In this document: piece after piece, positions 1 to 7,100 of the stretch
Numbering within the stretch: the first letter of the stretch is position 1
Layout: each line of letters opens with the position of its first letter
Assembly (NCBI GenBank): GCA_013166835.1
Contig: JABLTI010000093.1
Location: 1-10,600, forward strand
Reading direction: 5' to 3'
Length of the DNA: 10,600 nucleotides
Origin: Promethearchaeati archaeon
GTDB lineage: Archaea; Asgardarchaeota; Heimdallarchaeia; JABLTI01
Made by a program: the position numbers and the translations under genes
The notes under the pieces: generated by a model
Told to the model about the DNA's origin: nothing
Database searches by the model: none
Seen by the model: the letters and a program-made list of their open reading frames with translations, nothing else

Positions 1-1041
1 ACCTGCTAGAGATACTTGTTCTCTATCGAACAATCCACATAAAGGACCAAAGGATGCAACTGTTTCAAATTCAGGTCCATCAGTTACTATCTCTTTAGAA
101 TCATGAACGATTACTGTGTGTTTAGCACATTTTATAGTGCAACCTGCACAACCAGAAGTGAAAACAGGTAAATGCTCCTTAATCGTTTTTTCTGTTAGGA
201 TTTCTGCTGGAAATTCTGATTCTGTAAAATAATAAGCAGGAACATCTCCAGCGAACATACCCATATCCATGTAAAGATTTGTTCCGTAAAGATATTGCAT
301 GATTGGGAGTAATTGCGATAGTTGTTCCTTTTCTCCATCAATCTTCTTTCGTAATTCTAACATAGCTTTCTTATCTTGCCCAGTAATCTTCGAATGTTTT
401 TGTATTGCAATAGCTTTGAGTTTCTTTGAACCCATGATTGCTCCTAAACCACATCTACCTTGTGCTCTACCCTCATCATTCATTATACAAGCATAACGAA
501 CTAGGTTTTCCGCTGCTGGTCCAATACAAGCAATTCGTAACCCATTGATTTTAATCTGTTCCTTAAGGATTTCTTGTGTTTCATAGGTTCCTTTACCCCA
601 GAGTTTGGTTGCATCTTTGAATTTTATTTCACCATTCTCAATGAGAATATAACATGGTTTTTTTGATTTCCCAGTTATTACTAGAGCATCATATCCTGAT
701 CTTCGGAGATTTATACAGAAGAAACCACCACTTGTTCCTTCTCCCCATTGATTTGTTAATGGCGAGATTCCTGATACTGAATATCTTCCTGATGCTGGAC
801 GAGGAGTGCCGGTCACTGGACCTGTTGCATAGACAATTGGATTTACTGAATCGTATGGATCTTTCTTCAATTTCTTGTAATCATCTTCGGAGAGTAAATC
901 ATAAATGAGCTTTGCACTTAATCCTGTCCCTCCAATATAATCTTCTGCGATTTCCGGATCGAGTGGTTTTACTACAACTTCTTTCTTAGTTAAATCGATA
1001 TAAGCTATTTTTCCATTGTAACCTGTCATTGTTTCAGTCAT
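1..1041 (-). CDS. aor: Aldehyde:ferredoxin oxidoreductase (tungsten-pterin AOR family), N-terminal part; runs off the left edge
   Basis: Manual translation from ATG at 1041: MTETMTGYNGKIAYIDLTKK...YIGGTGLSAK...TGPVTGT...SPLTNQWGEGTSGG...LRRSGYDALVITGKS...LWGKGTYET...IGPAAENLVRYACIMND...GRCGLGAIMGSKKLKAI...CAGCTIKC...GPEFET. These are typical AOR motifs including the CxxCxxxC Fe-S ligands. SD GGAGTGG at about 1049-1055. Absent from the ORF track because no stop falls in the window. Confidence 0.95.
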   Translation of the reverse strand, partial: MTETMTGYNGKIAYIDLTKKEVVVKPLDPEIAEDYIGGTGLSAKLIYDLLSEDDYKKLKKDPYDSVNPIVYATGPVTGTPRPASGRYSVSGISPLTNQWGEGTSGGFFCINLRRSGYDALVITGKSKKPCYILIENGEIKFKDATKLWGKGTYETQEILKEQIKINGLRIACIGPAAENLVRYACIMNDEGRAQGRCGLGAIMGSKKLKAIAIQKHSKITGQDKKAMLELRKKIDGEKEQLSQLLPIMQYLYGTNLYMDMGMFAGDVPAYYFTESEFPAEILTEKTIKEHLPVFTSGCAGCTIKCAKHTVIVHDSKEIVTDGPEFETVASFGPLCGLFDREQVSLAG

Positions 1042-1054
1042 TTTTTTTCCACTC

Positions 1055-2356
1055 CTAGTATACTAGTTTCTCCCCATCCCAAGCAGCTTCGAACATTCGT
1101 CTGTAGTTTTTTTCTCCTACTGGTCTGTAGGATGTTAATGTGCAAACATCTTCTTTTGAATATCTTGCAAGAACAGCCAGTTTACTCTGATAATCTGTTT
1201 TGGTAATTTTTGGTTCAGTAATTTCTTTCACGGAAGCTACTCCACCCATTGAACGTTGGAAGGCTTGTATTGCTTTGACTAGTGCTTCCAGTAAATCTTG
1301 TCTTGTTGAATATTTCTCTTTTTCAACTCCAAATAATGGACACAATTTGATCCATTTCTCTGTTACCTTGGCTTGCCAGGCAACGGATTGAGCTGAGAAC
1401 ATACCAACTGAGAGTCCATGATGGACATGCATAACTGCTCCGAAGGAATGACCAAGTGCATGTTCTATTCCAGGCATTGCATTATTGAATCCCATACCAG
1501 CCAATGTTGCAGCCCATTGCATGTGTTCCAAAGCTTCTTCATCTTTTGTTCCATATTTTACTAAGCGTGGCAGATACCGAAGTACTTCTTCAATTGCTAC
1601 CATATTTATCGCATCTGACAAAGGTGAACCCCAATTAGAGGTTATAGCTCCTAAACTGTGAGCTAGAGCATCTAATCCTGTTGCCATAATGAGGAAAGGT
1701 GGCAGTGTTTTCACAAATTTAGTGTCTAGAATAACATAATCTGGTAAGGTTTCATCCACAGATAAACTGATTTTTTTCGGAGGATCTCTTTTAGTATCAG
1801 TTATTATCGATGCTGTGGTTACTTCGCTTCCTGTTCCAATTGTTGTTGGAATTGCTACTAATGCTTTGACTTTTCTTCTTAATCCAACTGCATTATCTAG
1901 AATATCAATTTGCATGAGATTTATTCCGGGTTGCTCATAGACAATCCAGAGAGCTTTCGCTGCATCCAATACCGACCCACCTCCAACAGCAAGGAAGAGC
2001 GTTGGTTTAAAGTCATTACAAATTTTTACTCCTTCTTCAAGAATATCCATTGGAACTTCTGGTTCAACACCACTCCAAACTTTGATTTCGAATCCATTAT
2101 CTTCAAAATCAGGAGCTATATCTTCGTAAAATCTTTTTGTGAAAGAATCAGCTATGATAAGTAGGCGTTTTTCTCCTTCATCCAATCTTTTACCTAACTC
2201 AATAGCAACGGTATTTACACCAGTTTTTCCACCAAAAATACGATTCCCACTAAATGTATTCATGATCCCTTGCATTGCACGAGCTCCCATTAAACCTACA
2301 ACATCGTTGAGAGCTGGGCTTTCGTACCAAGGTATTTCAAAATCTTCATCAGACAA
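1055..2356 (-). CDS. Iron-containing (group III) alcohol dehydrogenase
   Basis: Motifs GGGSVLDAAK, PTTIGTGSEVT, GLDALAH, EHALGH and HHG (metal ligands). The ORF track starts at GTG 2365, but that GTG is part of a GGAGTG SD, so TTG at 2356 is the more likely start. Confidence 0.93.
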   Translation of the reverse strand: MSDEDFEIPWYESPALNDVVGLMGARAMQGIMNTFSGNRIFGGKTGVNTVAIELGKRLDEGEKRLLIIADSFTKRFYEDIAPDFEDNGFEIKVWSGVEPEVPMDILEEGVKICNDFKPTLFLAVGGGSVLDAAKALWIVYEQPGINLMQIDILDNAVGLRRKVKALVAIPTTIGTGSEVTTASIITDTKRDPPKKISLSVDETLPDYVILDTKFVKTLPPFLIMATGLDALAHSLGAITSNWGSPLSDAINMVAIEEVLRYLPRLVKYGTKDEEALEHMQWAATLAGMGFNNAMPGIEHALGHSFGAVMHVHHGLSVGMFSAQSVAWQAKVTEKWIKLCPLFGVEKEKYSTRQDLLEALVKAIQAFQRSMGGVASVKEITEPKITKTDYQSKLAVLARYSKEDVCTLTSYRPVGEKNYRRMFEAAWDGEKLVY

Positions 2357-2453
2357 TAAGAACACTCCAAGTTTAGTTAAACTGCAAATACTAGCAAATC
2401 ATGCTTTATTAATTTTCATCTTTTTTATGGTAGCATAATTTATATCAAAAATG

Positions 2454-2492
2454 AATAAAACTAGGAATAAATTAATAATTTCTAGTTTTATT
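2454..2492. promoter_or_regulatory. Inverted repeat in the divergent ADH / histidine kinase promoter region; candidate operator
   Basis: AATAAAACTAG (2454-2464) and CTAGTTTTATT (2482-2492) form perfect 11-bp arms around a 17-nt spacer that is partly symmetric. Confidence 0.5.
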
Positions 2493-2573
2493 TCTTAAAC
2501 AACAGCACTTAATTAATTGACAAAATTCAGTATTTAGTATATTGTCCAATATTAAATCCTTGAAGATGTTATT

Positions 2574-3719
2574 ATGCCCAAAGCTAAAACACATTTTGCC
2601 TCTCCTGATCGGCTAGAAAAAGGAGAATTAAAGGAGCAATACAAAAAAGTTCTTTCTTTAGAACATACAAAAGAAATTCTTAATTCATTCCCAAATCTAG
2701 TTGTTGTTTTAAATAAGCAAAGACAAGTTATTTTTGGAAATGAAACCTTTGTAAAAATGTTAGGACTTAGTGAATTTGAGGATGCTCTTGGTCAAAGACC
2801 TGGAGAATTATTGAAATGTGTTAATTCAGCTATCCTTGAAGGTGGTTGTGGTACATCAAGAAATTGCCGTTACTGTGGAGTTGTTCTAACTATATTGAAA
2901 AGCCTAGAATCTGGTGAAGAAGAAGAGAGTGAAGCAAGACTAACTACCAGGCAACAAGACAAAATAGTTCCACTAGATTTGCAAGTCATAGCAAAACCTC
3001 TGTTCATGGATGGAGATCAATTCATTGTAGCAATCATGACGGATATTAGCATTCTAAAAAGAAAGGAGTATCTCGAGCGAACTTTTATGCATGATATGAT
3101 TAATACTACTTGGTCGTTATCAGGTAGAATTGAATTCTTCCCGAGAGATGGTTTAAATGAAATCCAGGATGAGTATTTTAATCGGATTAAAATAGAAATT
3201 GGCAAACTTCTTGATGATATTCAAGCACAAAGAGATCTATTAAAATTAGACAAAAAGGAACTTGTCACTGAATTCAGAGAAATTGATTCCCTTGAATTAA
3301 TACAAATGATTATTCATACCATGTCAACTGATAAAACTGCTAAAAACAAAAAAATAATTATAGCTAAAAATTGTTGTTCAGCTAAATTAAAAACCGATGT
3401 ACGATTATTACGTCGATCACTGATAAATCTTCTAAAAAATGCCTTAGAAGCAAGTACTGTTGATGAGGAAGTAATTATTGGTTGTGAAAAATCTAGTAAC
3501 GGAATTACTTTCTTTATAAAAAATAAAGCTGTATTATCTGAAGAAGTTAAAAGTCAAATATTTCAACGTTTCTTCTCAACAAAAGGACAAGGTAGAGGTT
3601 TGGGAACATACAGTGTGAGGATACTTGTGGAAGAGCATTTGAATGGTCAAGTTAATTTTGAATCATCAGAGAAAACTGGTACAATATTTAGAATCATTTT
3701 ACCACTAAAAATTAATTAG
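2574..3719 (+). CDS. Cytoplasmic PAS-domain sensor histidine kinase (HisKA-like + HATPase_c)
   Basis: PAS start (ILNSFPNLVVVLNKQRQVIFGN), H-box FMHDMIN, N-box LINLLKNALEA, F/G boxes IFQRFFSTKGQGRGLGTY and GTIFRIILP. No hydrophobic TM segment. Confidence 0.92.
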   Translation: MPKAKTHFASPDRLEKGELKEQYKKVLSLEHTKEILNSFPNLVVVLNKQRQVIFGNETFVKMLGLSEFEDALGQRPGELLKCVNSAILEGGCGTSRNCRYCGVVLTILKSLESGEEEESEARLTTRQQDKIVPLDLQVIAKPLFMDGDQFIVAIMTDISILKRKEYLERTFMHDMINTTWSLSGRIEFFPRDGLNEIQDEYFNRIKIEIGKLLDDIQAQRDLLKLDKKELVTEFREIDSLELIQMIIHTMSTDKTAKNKKIIIAKNCCSAKLKTDVRLLRRSLINLLKNALEASTVDEEVIIGCEKSSNGITFFIKNKAVLSEEVKSQIFQRFFSTKGQGRGLGTYSVRILVEEHLNGQVNFESSEKTGTIFRIILPLKIN

Positions 3720-3742
3720 AGTAATTTAATTAGTGAATTGAT

Positions 3743-4465
3743 ATGAAAATTAAAGATTTCTTCCTAGGAAATTTCAGTCATGAGTTTTGGAAAAATCGCG
3801 TATCACCATTAATAATTATAGAATTTCTTGGTACTCTTATGATAGCTTGGGCTCTCCGACCAGTGTGGCTTGGTGAGGAATGGATCTATTTCCCTTTTAA
3901 ATTTCATATAAGTGGATTAGGCAATGGACGTATGGAAGGAAATATTGGTGCATGGATTTTTGTTCTTGGATTCTGTCTCCTACCACTTCTTGGTACTGTT
4001 TGGAGTAATTTTATTTACAAGCAATTTGCGAAAATTTCCAAGGTGTTTGCTGTGATACTTTGGATACATCTGGAATTCAGTATGATTTGCGTTGCTTTTG
4101 TAGGTATTTTTGATGGCATTTGGCCCACTCAAAAAATTTCCGGATTTATGCACTCCTTTGGAGCTACTTTTTCTTTCTTGGGTTTTACAATTGCTGCTGT
4201 TTTAGTCTTCATTGTGATGTTGATTATTTTTTGGAAGATTCCATCAGAATCTAGACAAGTACTACACCAGGTAATGTTCTTCTTAGTCATTGTGGAATTG
4301 GTAGGAGTTTACATCATATTTCGAATAATTGGAACCGCATTTTGGCAGTGGACGTTGATGCTTTCTTTAATGTTGTTCATATTTATTATAAGCAGATTCT
4401 TTCCTGAAAATTTGATTTCACACGAAAACAAAAAGGATGAAACTTTAGAAATCCTTCCAGAATGA
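3743..4465 (+). CDS. Integral membrane protein with about 6 TM helices, DUF998/Frag1-like
   Basis: Multiple hydrophobic segments; HISGLG, VGIF and HSFGA(T)FSF resemble the DUF998 pattern; GTGA SD at about 3733; 23 nt after the kinase stop. Confidence 0.7.
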   Translation: MKIKDFFLGNFSHEFWKNRVSPLIIIEFLGTLMIAWALRPVWLGEEWIYFPFKFHISGLGNGRMEGNIGAWIFVLGFCLLPLLGTVWSNFIYKQFAKISKVFAVILWIHLEFSMICVAFVGIFDGIWPTQKISGFMHSFGATFSFLGFTIAAVLVFIVMLIIFWKIPSESRQVLHQVMFFLVIVELVGVYIIFRIIGTAFWQWTLMLSLMLFIFIISRFFPENLISHENKKDETLEILPE

Positions 4466-4519
4466 GAGAATACCAATATTAAACATAATATATATTAAAA
4501 CCAAAAGCAATTCTTTAAT

Positions 4520-5872
4520 ATGTTTTCAAAGGGCGATAAATATAAAAGAAAATTTCTGGTTTTTCTGTTTTTCTTTATTCTTCTTGCACCTTTACCTAGT
4601 TTTAGTAATTCTGCTTTCTCTTCTAAACAAGAAAAATACTATGATTCTGAATTACTATATGCCTTTGAAACTCAAAATCTTAATCTAGTAAAATCTTTAG
4701 CTACTACTAATAATTATAGTTTAATTAGTCAATGGAATGGTAGTTTAGGTAGTACATTTGATGTTTTCGTTGTTGACGAATTTGCTTATCTTGCCGATAA
4801 AGACGGAGGGTTAGTTATACTCGATATAACCAATCTAACCCAACCTCGAGAAATAGGTCGTAAAGCCATTGCTGGTGATATCGTTGGTGCAGTTAATCTC
4901 TTTATAGAAAATGATTATGCGTACATCGCAAATGATGTTGATGGAGCTAGAATTATTGATATTAGTAATAAATCAGAACCTAAATTAATTAGTGAATATC
5001 ATGATGAGTTATATTATTGGGATGTTTACGTAAGTGGGAATTATGCTTTTTATACTACAATTGGAGATGGTTTAGAGATAATTAATGTGAGTAATAAAGC
5101 GATTCCAAATGAAATTGCTCAATACAATATGGGAGGATTTATCTGGAGTGTTTGGGGTTCTGAAAATTATATATATATTACAGATCTTAATACAGGCCTG
5201 GAAATAATTAATGTAACAGAAATTACAACTCCTACAAAAGTTGGTTTTCATGATGTTTATACAGGGCAACCCTTTTCTGTTTTTGTAGAGGAAGATGTTG
5301 CTTTTATTGCTGTTGGAAATGAAGGTCTTGAATTGGTCAATATTAGTGAAAAAAGCAGCCTTGTAAAATTAAGCCAATTTAAAGAAAGTGGTTCAATAGT
5401 CGATGTACACTCTAACAATGATACTGTTTTTCTTGCAGATAAATTCAATGGTTTGAAAATATTAGATATCTCCAATAAATCAAATCCAGTTAAAGTTGGT
5501 TCTTATTCTCTTAGTGGTGATTCTTGGAATGTTTTCTATCAAGAAGAAGTAGTTTACTTAGCGAATGGACAAAATGGTTTAGCAATAATAGGAATTGATA
5601 GAGACAATGATGATCTCGCTGATTATTTAGAATTAGAAATTTACGATACAGATCCTTTGAATCCGGATTCCGATGGAGACGGATTTCATGATGGTTATGA
5701 AATAGAAATGGGAACGAATCCCAATGATCCTAATGATTATCCTATTATTCCTAGTCCAAGTCCAACAGAAACCAGTGGATTCAAATATGGCTTGATTTTT
5801 GTAATTTCATTTATTTTCATAAAAATATTTTTTGTTATAAAAATTAATAAACGAAAGAATAAACTAAAATGA
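4520..5872 (+). CDS. Membrane-anchored surface protein: signal peptide, about 7 LVIVD repeats (beta-propeller), acidic Ca-binding repeats, C-terminal TM and basic tail
   Basis: N-terminal KYKRK plus hydrophobic stretch; repeated 'V.v.gnyAYva....GL.IidisnkxxP' units; DRDNDDLAD...DSDGDGFHDGYE; Pro/Ser/Thr linker; TM followed by KINKRKNKLK. Confidence 0.88.
   Translation: MFSKGDKYKRKFLVFLFFFILLAPLPSFSNSAFSSKQEKYYDSELLYAFETQNLNLVKSLATTNNYSLISQWNGSLGSTFDVFVVDEFAYLADKDGGLVILDITNLTQPREIGRKAIAGDIVGAVNLFIENDYAYIANDVDGARIIDISNKSEPKLISEYHDELYYWDVYVSGNYAFYTTIGDGLEIINVSNKAIPNEIAQYNMGGFIWSVWGSENYIYITDLNTGLEIINVTEITTPTKVGFHDVYTGQPFSVFVEEDVAFIAVGNEGLELVNISEKSSLVKLSQFKESGSIVDVHSNNDTVFLADKFNGLKILDISNKSNPVKVGSYSLSGDSWNVFYQEEVVYLANGQNGLAIIGIDRDNDDLADYLELEIYDTDPLNPDSDGDGFHDGYEIEMGTNPNDPNDYPIIPSPSPTETSGFKYGLIFVISFIFIKIFFVIKINKRKNKLK
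4727..5596 (+). repeat. Protein-level LVIVD repeat region (about 43 aa period)
   Basis: GLVILDIT, GARIIDIS, GLEIINVS, GLEIINVT, GLELVNIS, GLKILDIS, GLAIIGID. Boundaries approximate. Confidence 0.85.
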
Positions 5873-5880
5873 GAAATAAA

Positions 5881-5940
5881 AGAAAGGAAGTTAAACCTAT
5901 TGAAGGTTAACACCTCTTTCTATTCTATTTTTTATCTTTT
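5881..5940. terminator. Imperfect hairpin with A/T tracts between convergent genes; possible bidirectional terminator
   Basis: AGAAAGG-AA-GTTAAACCT-attga-AGGTTAAC-A-CCTCTTTCT followed by T-runs, with A-rich sequence on the other side. Confidence 0.45.
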
Positions 5941-5957
5941 CAAGAGACATTAATTAA

Positions 5958-6593
5958 TTAGCAGCAACAATCTTCAATTTCTTTAGCGATATCAAATTCT
6001 AAACTTAGAGCTAACCAACCAATGTAATCAATTAAATAGTCAATTAAACCCCAATCTAAATTTGATATTTTCTCCATTGTTTCTTCATTTGCGTTTCCAA
6101 AAATTTCATTTATAAGTTGAAATTTTCTAGATTCAAGAGTGCTAATTAACTTATCAACACCCTTATCTGTTTTTAGTTTGTCTTTGAATTTGCCTGCGAG
6201 TAAAGAATAGATTGTATCGTAAAACAATCCTACATCTTTTTCTTCCATGGAATCTATTTTTTTCTCAAGATTTGCTGTTAAGAAAATCTTTGCAGTTCGA
6301 ATGTATATTGTTTCACTCTGAAGATCACCTGCACCCTTAGATGTAATTCGCTTACCTGCTTTTGCGACTAAACCTATTTCTATTAAGTTCTTTAGGTATC
6401 GATAAATTGACTTATCAGATTTCTTCATACCTTTATGAGCAAAATCACTCTCTAATTCCTTTACAGTTCTAGGACCTACTCTTAAGAATTTTAAAATGTA
6501 GTATAAGTTTTCATCTCCATGTAAGATCTCTGCTTGCTTTTCAGATAGATCAATTACTGTTTTTTGGTTGAATGTTATTACATCTTGGCTCAT
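5958..6593 (-). CDS. Winged helix-turn-helix (ArsR-like) transcriptional regulator with a C-terminal helical domain and terminal CCC
   Basis: ILKFLRVGPRTVKEL...SDKSIYRYLKNLIEIGLVAKAG...ETIYIRTAKIF is a wHTH pattern. SD AAGGTGG precedes ATG 6593; the ORF-track GTG at 6602 lies within this SD. Confidence 0.85.
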   Translation of the reverse strand: MSQDVITFNQKTVIDLSEKQAEILHGDENLYYILKFLRVGPRTVKELESDFAHKGMKKSDKSIYRYLKNLIEIGLVAKAGKRITSKGAGDLQSETIYIRTAKIFLTANLEKKIDSMEEKDVGLFYDTIYSLLAGKFKDKLKTDKGVDKLISTLESRKFQLINEIFGNANEETMEKISNLDWGLIDYLIDYIGWLALSLEFDIAKEIEDCCC

Positions 6594-6608
6594 ATTTACC
6601 ACCTTTTT

Positions 6609-6725
6609 TTCTTATTCTCTTATATTATGTTCTCATGATAATATATTGTATTCTCATGTATTTAAATATTATTCTTAAGTCGTAATATTAGATTCTAATG
6701 AAATAATATCATTTTCTCATCTTAT
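6609..6725. repeat. Degenerate 21-bp tandem direct repeat array with a TTCT(C/T/A)A core; candidate cooperative operator
   Basis: Cores start at 6609, 6630, 6651, 6672, 6693 and 6714. Units: tatattatgTTCTCAtgataa / tatattgtaTTCTCAtgtatt / taaatattaTTCTTAagtcgt / aatattagaTTCTAAtgaaat / aatatcattTTCTCAtcttat. Confidence 0.8.
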
Positions 6726-6764
6726 GAGAAACCTTTATATATAAGTGTGAGAATAATATTCTCA
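6713..6764 (+). promoter_or_regulatory. Archaeal-type promoter (BRE/TATA) flanked by two palindromes of the TGAGAA/TTCTCA box
   Basis: TTTCTCAT-ctt-ATGAGAAA (6713-6731); TTTATATATA at 6734-6743 preceded by purine-rich GAGAAA; perfect TGAGAATA-a-TATTCTCA at 6748-6764, near the expected transcription start. Confidence 0.7.
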
Positions 6765-6789
6765 AACAATAAGAATGGTGTTAACAAAA

Positions 6790-6891
6790 ATGAATAAAAA
6801 AGCTGAAAGCAAATACAGAAAAAAAATGATGAATGAAGATGTTGAGAAACAAAAACGAAAATTAGCTTTACTAGTTGGACACTATAGATAA
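6790..6891 (+). CDS. Small basic peptide 1 (33 aa; 38 aa if started at ATG 6775): MNKKAESKYRKKMMNEDVEKQKRKLALLVGHYR
   Basis: Manual translation; GGTG SD at 6777-6780, 9 nt before the ATG; directly downstream of the TATA box. No recognised homology. Confidence 0.6.
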   Translation: MNKKAESKYRKKMMNEDVEKQKRKLALLVGHYR

Positions 6892-6923
6892 AAAAAATGA
6901 GAAAATTACTGGAGAAAAATAAA

Positions 6924-7013
6924 ATGATGAATAAGAAAAATAAGATTAAAAATCAAATCAAAAAGTACCAGAATAAAGCAAGAATGGATTATCAGATGTT
7001 AATTGGGCGATAA
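6924..7013 (+). CDS. Small basic peptide 2 (29 aa; 38 aa if started at ATG 6897): MMNKKNKIKNQIKKYQNKARMDYQMLIGR
   Basis: Manual translation; GGAG SD at 6911-6914, 9 nt before the ATG; tandem TAATAA stops; followed by T-tracts. Confidence 0.55.
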   Translation: MMNKKNKIKNQIKKYQNKARMDYQMLIGR

Positions 7014-7040
7014 TAAAATTATCCTTGACAACTAATTAAC

Positions 7041-7086
7041 CTTCTTTTAAAATTCGTTCTTGCTTTTTTTTATGTACTTTGTTTTA
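7041..7086 (+). terminator. Oligo-T tracts; candidate archaeal terminator for the peptide transcript
   Basis: CTTCTTTT...GCTTTTTTTTATGTACTTTGTTTT. Strand composition switches from A-rich in the peptide ORFs to T-rich just after them. Confidence 0.45.
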
Positions 7087-7100
7087 CTCATTCTAATTGA

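Noticed and set aside
1055-1066. Perfect 12-bp palindrome CTAGTATACTAG at the ADH stop
   Set aside because: Single copy inside coding sequence with no supporting context.
2357-2419. In-frame upstream ATG (2419) and TGA (2399-2401) before ADH as selenocysteine readthrough
   Set aside because: The extension is not ADH-like, a good SD sits directly before TTG 2356, and I see no SECIS-like hairpin.
299-2438. Plus-strand ORFs 299-496, 654-908, 1200-1391, 1910-2164 and 2139-2438
   Set aside because: Antisense shadows of the well-supported AOR and ADH genes, with no recognisable motifs.
2517-2545. Bacterial sigma70-like TTGACA-N17-TATTGT upstream of the kinase
   Set aside because: The -10 match is only 4/6 in very AT-rich DNA, and other signals in the window look archaeal; probably chance.
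6609-6725. The 21-bp array as a CRISPR or mini-CRISPR array
   Set aside because: The period is too short, units are degenerate and abutting with no unique spacers, and there are no cas genes in the window.
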